Shown here piece by piece: positions 57,953 through 64,000 of a DNA stretch of 64,000 bases. A program made the translations under genes and the position numbers. The notes below the pieces were generated by a model, which was given only the letters and a program-made list of their open reading frames with translations, was not told the DNA's origin and ran no database searches. Numbering within the stretch: the stretch's first letter is position 1; each line of letters opens with the position of its first letter. The DNA is from an uncultured Verrucomicrobiae bacterium (GTDB taxonomy: Bacteria; Verrucomicrobiota; Verrucomicrobiia; Limisphaerales; UBA11358): assembly GCA_963738225.1 (NCBI GenBank), contig CAVTVR010000007.1, positions 225,533 to 289,532 on the forward strand, in the 5' to 3' direction.

Positions 57953-58748
57953 TAGGATGTGTCGTTGGGCGCAATGTTTCAGGCCAGTCCCAACGTATCT
58001 CGTAATGATACTTGTCCTTTAATGGTTTATCTGGCGACCATTCGCATTTGCCGTTATTGACTGGCTTGTAATTGGCATCAATATTTCGCTTTGCGCCTGC
58101 TGATGGAGTCTCCCACGTAGAAACCTTGTCAATGTTCCATGTCGCCGGCAACTGCAACTGCATGACGAGTTCTTCTGTCGGCTCGTAAATCGAGCGGGAA
58201 ATGAAAGGACGTGACTTACAATTGAGATCATCCAATTCCCAAATTACCTCTGTTTCGATTACTTGCCCTTTGCGACAAGGAAGATTGAAACAAATTTCAA
58301 ACGAGTCATACAAGCTGTTCGGACTGTGCTGTGCGATTAGATGACCTGCCACGGTGGTTTTCATTTCGAGTCTGCCATTCGCGGACCACCGAAACCTGTC
58401 AGGAAACCGGTCAACATCGTTTTTGAGAGCGCGCAATCGGTATCGTCTGGAATAAATGATTTCTTGAGGTGATTTCCATTCATAACGGATTTCCAATTTT
58501 TCGAGCAAAAAATCATTCCCGCTATATTTTTTCCTCCTTTGAAAATAGATCACAACGGCCACGATGATGCCGACCCCAATCCCCAATATCCACAGCAATG
58601 ATTTGAACGGGGCGAGTGCCGGATTATTTGAAATGAGCTTCAGGCCACCCCAAATAGCACCTGCCGCGAAAATAATTGCCGCGCCAATTGCTTCACCAAT
58701 GGTTTTTACAATTGCTTCTTCGGTGACTTTCTTGGACAGGTCTTTCAT
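57918..58748 (-). CDS. Two-TM membrane protein with a ~190-aa C-terminal soluble domain, co-transcribed with def
   Basis: AIGAAIIFAAGAIWGGL and SLLWILGIGVGIIVAVVIYF form the two helices. The gene overlaps the def start by 35 nt. Confidence 0.55.
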   Translation of the reverse strand: MKDLSKKVTEEAIVKTIGEAIGAAIIFAAGAIWGGLKLISNNPALAPFKSLLWILGIGVGIIVAVVIYFQRRKKYSGNDFLLEKLEIRYEWKSPQEIIYSRRYRLRALKNDVDRFPDRFRWSANGRLEMKTTVAGHLIAQHSPNSLYDSFEICFNLPCRKGQVIETEVIWELDDLNCKSRPFISRSIYEPTEELVMQLQLPATWNIDKVSTWETPSAGAKRNIDANYKPVNNGKCEWSPDKPLKDKYHYEIRWDWPETLRPTTHPNGHEYSQDHPA

Positions 58749-59169
58749 AACGTCCCATCACGGCAGGGCCATTCAAGGCATTTGCCTTTTAACTCGTGAT
58801 GAGAACCCGACGAACACCAAGAATGGCCGTTTTTTATTATCCTTCCATGCGATTATTGTATCAGATTTCTCAAAATTTTGCAAAGATTAACAGCCGTCGA
58901 AACGGGCGCAAGCGAAATTTTTCGCTCAAAAAATGGCAAATTGCGCGTTTCATGGCAATCACAAGTTGTTCGTTGCGCCAGTCGCCTGCCCGATTTTCTT
59001 CGTCACCATCCGCACGCCGACCCGGATTTGTTCCTCATACGCCGGAGTCATTTGAATCCGGCTCGGATGCAGCGGAATCCACTCGTTCGGATTGCCGGCG
59101 TTGATCGTATTCAAATTGACCCAATTGACCATCACCCCGATCTTGCGCTGATATTCCAGCAACTTGAAC

Positions 59170-59207
59170 AGAAGCAGATGCTCCTCTCACGAAGGAGATT
59201 ATGCAGG
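59170..59207 (+). repeat. 38-bp dispersed repeat, copy 3
   Basis: AGAAGCAGATGCTCCTCTCACGAAGGAGATTATGCAGG. Confidence 0.85.
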
Positions 59208-59213
59208 CAGTGG

Positions 59214-59244
59214 GTGCCAGAATTGGCAAGTCTGCCCCCCTACC
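59214..59244 (+). promoter_or_regulatory. Copy 5 of the TGCCA-N5-TGGCAAG-N3-GCCCCCCTAC motif
   Basis: GTGCCAGAATTGGCAAGTCTGCCCCCCTACC ends 95 nt upstream of the primase ATG. Confidence 0.55.
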
Positions 59245-59338
59245 GATTTTTCTGGCGGTAGATAGGATTCGATTCGGATGCAGTTCGATTCACGAGCCGC
59301 ACCGTTCTTCACAAACCAATAACCACAGGAGCATAAAT

Positions 59339-60367
59339 ATGCCAAAATCACAGTTCGTTGACTTCAAGGCCGTCAAAGCGGCCATCAACATGGAGCAGGT
59401 GCTAGAGCACTATGGCATCCTCGACAAGTTCAAGCGCGGCACCGACAGCCTGAATGGGCCGTGTCCCATCCACGGCGGCAGCAACCCGACACAATTCCGG
59501 GTGAGCATCAGCAAAAACGTCTGGAATTGCTTTTCCGAATGCAAACATGGCGGGAATGTCTTGGACTTCATCGCCAAGATGGAGGACGTGAGCATTCATG
59601 CAGCGGCCTTGAAAGCGATTGAATGGTTCAAACTCGATCCGCAGGAAATGTCGGCTGATACCAATCAGGAAGCCGAAGAAAAGGGCGAGACACCGAAGAC
59701 CGAGGCCGCACCACGAACCAGACCAGTTGCAAAAACGGCCCCGGTCGTGGAAAACGCTACCCCGAACACGCCCTTGAAATTCCGGCTGGACAAGCTGGAG
59801 CGCGAGCATCCATATCTCACCCAGGAACGCGGCCTGACGCTCGAAACCATCGTGGATTTCGGCATTGGCTTTTGCTCCAAGGGCATGATGGCCGACCGCA
59901 TCGCCATCCCCATCCACAACGCCAAGGGCGAGGTCGTGGCGTATGCGGGACGATTCCCCGGCGAGCCGGGCGAAGACACGCCCAAATACAAACTGCCCCA
60001 GGGATTCAGAAAATCGCTGGAGTTGTTCAACATTGACCGCGCCGGCAAGGAACCGTCAGACCAACCGCTCATCATCGTCGAAGGCTTCTTTGGCTGCATG
60101 AAGTTTCACCAGTTCGGTTTTCGCAAAGTGGTTGCCCTCATGGGCAGCACCATGTCAGTCGCACAGGAGGAATTGATCAAACAGCACACCGACCGGCACA
60201 GCCAGGTCATCGTCATGTTGGACGAGGACGAGTCTGGACGGGCGGGGCGAGAGGACATTGCCGTGCGTCTGGCAAAATTCGTCTTCGTGAAGGTTCACAC
60301 CTTTGCCGAGGAAGGACAGCAGCCGGACAACATGAGCGCCGAGGAAGTGCAACAACTGTTCATCTGA
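59339..60367 (+). CDS. DNA primase (CHC2 zinc finger + TOPRIM)
   Basis: GPCPIHGGSNPTQFRVSISKNVWNCFSECKHGGNVLDF (CHC2 finger) and IIVEGFFGCM...VIVMLDEDESGRAG (TOPRIM). AGGAG lies 7 nt upstream of the ATG at 59339. Confidence 0.85.
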   Translation: MPKSQFVDFKAVKAAINMEQVLEHYGILDKFKRGTDSLNGPCPIHGGSNPTQFRVSISKNVWNCFSECKHGGNVLDFIAKMEDVSIHAAALKAIEWFKLDPQEMSADTNQEAEEKGETPKTEAAPRTRPVAKTAPVVENATPNTPLKFRLDKLEREHPYLTQERGLTLETIVDFGIGFCSKGMMADRIAIPIHNAKGEVVAYAGRFPGEPGEDTPKYKLPQGFRKSLELFNIDRAGKEPSDQPLIIVEGFFGCMKFHQFGFRKVVALMGSTMSVAQEELIKQHTDRHSQVIVMLDEDESGRAGREDIAVRLAKFVFVKVHTFAEEGQQPDNMSAEEVQQLFI

Positions 60368-60379
60368 AAGGAGATCATC

Positions 60380-60709
60380 ATGGATGTTCATTGTTCCACC
60401 TGCGGAGAACCATGGGATGTATATCACCTCTGGCATGATGCCGTGTTTGAAACGGGATTAAGCCACGAGGAAGCAGCGGCATGGTGTTCACTGCCCCACG
60501 CCCAAAAGTTATCCGACCGTTACCGGAAGGAATTCCGGGCGGCGGGCTGGGAATTCGGGCAAGGCGTCATCAATGTCGTCCGCTGCCCGTGCTGTCCCAA
60601 GGACGCCAAGCCCGACCTTGAGCGCGTGCAGACCAAAGCCGCCATTGAGGAATTGCTTGGCGACGACGAGGACGGACTGGCGGCCACCTTTGAAGATTAT
60701 CGCCTATGA
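60380..60709 (+). CDS. Hypothetical Cys-pair protein (109 aa)
   Basis: The CSTCGEPW...RCPCCPK pairs suggest a zinc ribbon. The gene overlaps the next gene by 4 nt. Confidence 0.45.
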   Translation: MDVHCSTCGEPWDVYHLWHDAVFETGLSHEEAAAWCSLPHAQKLSDRYRKEFRAAGWEFGQGVINVVRCPCCPKDAKPDLERVQTKAAIEELLGDDEDGLAATFEDYRL

Positions 60710-60993
60710 GTGCCACCGCCGTTTTTGCCGCCAAGTTTCCACTTGGCCAAATCGTAGCAACACCCAACGCCCTCAATCACCTGACCCAGGACGACATCTT
60801 TGCCGGGATCAGCCGCCATCAGGCGGGCGATTGGGGCGACCTCGACGCAGACGACCAAAAAGAGAACGACCTGTCCCTTGAAAAAGGCTTTCGGCTCCTG
60901 TCGGTATATCACGCCAGTAATGGCGTGAAGTTCTGGATCATCACCGAGGCGGATAAAAGTTCGACCACGGTGCTTCTTCCCGAAGACTACTAA
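60706..60993 (+). CDS. Conserved plasmid/ICE-associated small protein (function unknown)
   Basis: RHQAGDWGDLDADDQKENDLSLEKGFRLLSVYHASNGVKFWIITEADKSSTTVLLPEDY is a pattern I recognise from plasmid-borne hypothetical proteins. Confidence 0.55.
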   Translation: MSATAVFAAKFPLGQIVATPNALNHLTQDDIFAGISRHQAGDWGDLDADDQKENDLSLEKGFRLLSVYHASNGVKFWIITEADKSSTTVLLPEDY

Positions 60994-61048
60994 CCGGCGT
61001 GGCCTCACGTTGAGTGAGGTCGCGTCCAACACAGAAAGGAGAAAAACT

Positions 61049-61399
61049 ATGCCAAACAGGTATGGCAATAAAGATGAGAAACAGTATGAAGGACGCCGGC
61101 AAGGTTACGCCGTCATCGTCACGGTGGACGGCCACCCGCTCAATCCACGGCTGGACTTGTGGAATCACAGTCCGACCGGGTTTGAGTGGGGCTATTGCGG
61201 CAGTGGTCCGGCCCAACTGGCGCTGGCCATCCTGGCCGACCATTGCAAGGACGACGAACGCGCGTTGAACTTCCATCAACGCTTCAAATGGGCGGTGATT
61301 GCCGAACTGCCCCGTCACTGGACACTGACCAGCGATGAGGTTGAGCAAATGCTCCGAATCCTGCGAGATCGGGAACCGCTTCTGGAGGGCGTGACATGA
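61049..61399 (+). CDS. Hypothetical protein (possibly DUF6166-like)
   Basis: NHSPTGFEWGYCGSGPAQLALAILADH. AAGGAG lies upstream of the ATG at 61049. Confidence 0.45.
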   Translation: MPNRYGNKDEKQYEGRRQGYAVIVTVDGHPLNPRLDLWNHSPTGFEWGYCGSGPAQLALAILADHCKDDERALNFHQRFKWAVIAELPRHWTLTSDEVEQMLRILRDREPLLEGVT

Positions 61400-61716
61400 G
61401 TGCAAATAAGTCGCCACCCGGAATGATGCGGCGCAAGCAACGCAGCTTCATTGACCCGAATCAAATTGAGTTCGGCATCATCTGGCAGCCATTGAACCAC
61501 CCGTTCAGGCTCCGTGCCGGTGATGTCTTTCGTTTCAATGACCGGTTGTGTCGCGTTGTCCGTGTGAACGAGTGCGCGGCGGTTATCATTATGAATCGGC
61601 CGGTGCGTGTTTTCAAAACACGTTTTGACAAGCCGGTTCGTTTCCAGCCTCCACCCGTATTGTTCCGTATCTCGCCACAATCCGAAGTCCCGGTTCTTAA
61701 CCGCAAGAAAGCATAA
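61396..61716 (+). CDS. Hypothetical protein (106 aa)
   Basis: ORF with a 4-nt overlap onto the upstream gene, followed by a terminator. Confidence 0.4.
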   Translation: MSANKSPPGMMRRKQRSFIDPNQIEFGIIWQPLNHPFRLRAGDVFRFNDRLCRVVRVNECAAVIIMNRPVRVFKTRFDKPVRFQPPPVLFRISPQSEVPVLNRKKA

Positions 61717-61724
61717 CCAACACA

Positions 61725-61751
61725 GGGCGATCCATCGGGTCGCCCTTTTTT
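61725..61751 (+). terminator. Rho-independent terminator
   Basis: GGGCGATCC-ATC-GGGTCGCCC followed by TTTTTT. Confidence 0.7.
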
Positions 61752-61754
61752 ATA

Positions 61755-61785
61755 CCTGCCAGTTCTGGCAAGAATGCCCCCCTAC
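61755..61785 (+). promoter_or_regulatory. Copy 6 of the TGCCA-N5-TGGCAAG-N3-GCCCCCCTAC motif
   Basis: CCTGCCAGTTCTGGCAAGAATGCCCCCCTAC ends 80 nt upstream of the ardC-like ATG. Confidence 0.55.
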
Positions 61786-61864
61786 TTTGATTTTTCGTCG
61801 CGTTATACGCTTCACAGTGGGTTCACAGGGTTCTTTCACAAACAAATAACCAAAGGAAAAGTAT

Positions 61865-62719
61865 ATGAACATCAAAGCGTATGAACGCATCACCGAACGG
61901 ATCGAAACCTTGCTGGCAGCGGGCGTTGTCCCCTGGCACAAGCCGTGGAAGGCCAGCACCGGCCTGCCACGAAACCTCATCACCCAGAAGCCTTATCGCG
62001 GGATCAATGTGTTCCTGCTCATGGCCATGGGGTATGAATCGCCGAACTGGCTTACGTTCCGTCAGGCCATTCAGCTTGGCGGCAGCGTGAAGAAGGGCGA
62101 GAAGTCCTGCCCCGTCGTCTTCTGGAAACAGTTTAAGATTGAGGACGAAGAATCCGGCGAAGCAAAGAAAATCCCGATGCTCCGCATTTATCACGTCTTC
62201 AACACCGTGCAGTGCGAGGGGTTGAAGACCGTGCCGGCACCGGCAGAAGTTCCGCTCGCCGTGACCAGTGCGGCGGAGATTGTGGCAAAGATGCCACAAC
62301 CGCCAAAAATCAAGAGTGGCATGTCTCATGCCTTCTATCAGCCGGTGAATGACACCGTGGGAATGCCGGAACGGAAACGGTTCGAGACCGAGGACGCCTA
62401 TCACGCGACCATTTTTCATGAACTCATTCATTCGACCGGCCACGAATCGCGGTTGAAGCGCAAAAGCATCATGGAGAAAAACGGCTTCGGCTCCATGCCC
62501 TATTGCAAAGAGGAACTGGTGGCCGAGCTTGGCAGCGCGTTTCTATGCGGGCAGGCGGAGATCGTTGACCGGACGATTGATAATTCCGCCGCCTACATCG
62601 AAGGCTGGCTGGATTCCCTGAAGAACGATCCGACGCTCATTGTGTATGCGGCGGCGCAGGCACAGAAGGCGGCGGACTTCATCCTGGGGCGGACACTGGA
62701 AAGCGAGGTAGCGGCATGA
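61865..62719 (+). CDS. ardC: ArdC-like antirestriction protein (N-terminal ssDNA-binding domain + zincin metallopeptidase domain)
   Basis: VPWHKPW, PYRGINVFLL, NWLTFRQA, and the C-terminal FHELIHSTGHESRL (HExxH). Confidence 0.88.
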   Translation: MNIKAYERITERIETLLAAGVVPWHKPWKASTGLPRNLITQKPYRGINVFLLMAMGYESPNWLTFRQAIQLGGSVKKGEKSCPVVFWKQFKIEDEESGEAKKIPMLRIYHVFNTVQCEGLKTVPAPAEVPLAVTSAAEIVAKMPQPPKIKSGMSHAFYQPVNDTVGMPERKRFETEDAYHATIFHELIHSTGHESRLKRKSIMEKNGFGSMPYCKEELVAELGSAFLCGQAEIVDRTIDNSAAYIEGWLDSLKNDPTLIVYAAAQAQKAADFILGRTLESEVAA

Positions 62720-62913
62720 CAGCCAAAACGCGCAGCTTAAAAATCGAAGCCGTTGGCGACTTTGCCTACCGGAAAATAAAGCCACGGATTCGGTTGAGCG
62801 GACAGTGGCTGGAAAAGGCTGGATTCAAGCCCGGACATCGGGTGGAAATCAATTCGCTAAAAACAGGTCAATTGACGATTCAGTTCAAGGAACACGCACT
62901 GGCAAGCTGCTGA
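62716..62913 (+). CDS. symE: SymE-family (AbrB/SpoVT-fold) type I toxin-like protein
   Basis: KPRIRLSGQWLEKAGFKPGHRVEINSLKTGQLTIQF matches the SymE core pattern. Confidence 0.65.
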   Translation: MTAKTRSLKIEAVGDFAYRKIKPRIRLSGQWLEKAGFKPGHRVEINSLKTGQLTIQFKEHALASC

Positions 62914-63096
62914 AAATCTAGAACACAGAGCATGACATCATGGGACAAGCCATTATTATTGTTCTATGCGTTAACTTGGCTACTACGCAGTTTAAGTATA
63001 ACTAAATTCACAGCCTCATCCAAATTGGGTGAGGTGTTTTTATTAAACGGTTTTTAATTTGCAAAACAATCCTTGTAATTATAACATTCGCAAGTT

Positions 63097-63598
63097 GTGA
63101 AAGCTCAATTTGAAACGCCAAAAGAAATGAATCAAGAGCTTCTGAAATCTGCTTTTCACCTTATAGGAAAAGGAGGAGAAGTGCGAAAGGAAACGCTTTG
63201 GAACCGCCTGCTGCAAGCCGCCTTGCTTGGTTATGTGACGAACGCCGGCAACATTATTGCTACAGCGGCTATTAAAAGGCCTTTGGACGAATACGCCGAT
63301 AGTGTTTTTGCAAAGGCAGCGTCCGAATATAACTATGACGATTTCCATCATGAATTAGGATATGTTGTGGTTGATCCGTCGTTTAGAAATAACAAACTAG
63401 CCACGCTGCTTTGCGAACAGATTTGCGGAAATATTTTCAAACCATAATCTATATGCAACCGTTAGGGTAAACAATGCCCACATGCTCTCAATTCTTCACA
63501 AAAACAAATTCACAGATTCAGGGAAGCATTTCAATGGTAGAAACAACATAGACCAGCTAAGACTTTTAATTCGACCTAAACGCGCCTCGGTTCCATAA
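63097..63598 (+). pseudogene. GNAT-family acetyltransferase-like gene; one frame break near 63430
   Basis: GYVVVDPSFRNNKLATLLCEQI (the motif A region of GNATs) continues, after a one-base skip, as ...NHNLYATVRVNNAHMLSILHKNKFTDSGKHF... Confidence 0.5.
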
Positions 63599-63623
63599 TC
63601 GCACCCTACACAACCGAATCAGA

Positions 63624-64000
63624 ATGATTGGGGAAAATAAATTAGAACACACGACGCCAACACTTCTGGCTCTGGCGACTGTTACGCGTCGCGCTGCCCA
63701 AAGACGTATGGATTTTAGTGAGATAGCACGCTTCACATCGTGTATTCTCTGCCTCTCGGCATTTTATTATAGTTTCACAACTGCTTGGATAGCTGTGATG
63801 ATTGGCCTTATATGCAAAATAGCTTCTTCTTTACTTAATTGGCAAGGCAAGCGTTTGCACCGTGTATCCAGAGAGGTTCAGAGACTTGCGTTATTGGAAG
63901 ACTCATTTGGAAAAACTGCTGAAAACTTCCAACTAGTAGAATTAAAACGAAGGATTGGCCCGAAGTTTGAAAAAGCTGCTAGGATTGCAAGTTTTGAGCA
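63624..64000 (+). CDS. Two-TM hypothetical protein, C-terminally truncated by the window end (not in the ORF track)
   Basis: Own translation: MIGENKLEHTTPTLLALATVTRRAAQRRMDFSEIARFTSCILCLSAFYYSFTTAWIAVMIGLICKIASSLLNWQGKRLHRVSREVQRLALLEDSF... It stays open to position 64000. Confidence 0.5.
   Translation, partial: MIGENKLEHTTPTLLALATVTRRAAQRRMDFSEIARFTSCILCLSAFYYSFTTAWIAVMIGLICKIASSLLNWQGKRLHRVSREVQRLALLEDSFGKTAENFQLVELKRRIGPKFEKAARIASFE

Larger units (their letters stand above)
36262..64000. mobile_element. Serine-recombinase-associated mosaic integrative/mobilisable element carrying defence and cargo cassettes (limits uncertain; continues past the window end)
   Basis: It contains a recombinase, a T4CP-like ATPase, a Replic_Relax protein, a primase, ArdC and a SymE-like toxin. 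A shared promoter/operator-like motif occurs at 6 sites, integrase remnants are present, and GC content is lower and patchy. Confidence 0.5.

Noticed and set aside
58959-59162. 67-aa minus-strand ORF (…VNWVNLNTINAGNPNEWIPLHPSRIQMTPAYEEQIRVG…) abutting repeat copy 3
   Set aside because: It looks like the C-terminal piece of a larger enzyme, but there is no start context and no family I can name. It is possibly a remnant cut by cassette insertion.

Overview
Mosaic bacterial chromosome segment. The source is probably a PVC-group organism (Verrucomicrobiota or Planctomycetota), judged from a prepilin-type H-X9-D(G/D) protein and dispersed 'CACAGAT' repeats.

Layout:
- 1-8.3 kb: a translationally coupled minus-strand operon encoding a giant secreted calcium-repeat protein, a pseudopilin-like protein and membrane proteins.
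- 8.3-11.2 kb: a tyrosine-integrase, excisionase and HTH module abutting tRNA-Val(GAC).
- 11.7-23.7 kb: core genes (uxaE-like, uxaC, an RluA-family gene, xseB, dxs, a REC-PAS-PP2C gene, an EF-G paralogue), interrupted by an AT-richer islet carrying a lipoprotein and an HNH nuclease.
- 23.7-24.3 kb: two unusual tandem repeat arrays.
- From about 25.3 kb to the window end everything looks accessory.
  - (a) 26.1-35.4 kb is a co-directional, start/stop-overlapping cluster. It contains an Mrr-like nuclease, a methyltransferase-like protein plus DUF1848, a methyltransferase-like protein plus an NPPY N6-methyltransferase plus a GIY-YIG-like helicase, and TcmP plus a DUF5131 (Gp37/Gp68) three-Cys enzyme. 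An SRAP/YedK gene follows it.
  - (b) 36.2-64 kb is a serine-recombinase-associated mobilisable mosaic. It carries a 1347-aa metallophosphoesterase-STAND-TPR protein, a RuvB-like AAA+ protein fused to a nucleoside-deoxyribosyltransferase/TIR-like domain (flanked by 113-bp direct repeats that are integrase 3' remnants), a Gabija pair, a hairpin-rich ~400-nt non-coding element, a T4CP-like ATPase, a replication-relaxation protein, cargo cassettes bounded by a 38-bp repeat, a primase, ArdC and a SymE-like toxin.

At least 17 reading-frame breaks interrupt otherwise well-conserved genes. Every break I could resolve by eye fits a single extra base, so technical indels are a serious possibility. Frameshifted genes are therefore reported as pseudogene-type features, with that caveat.

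All family assignments come from motif recognition by eye. No searches were run.
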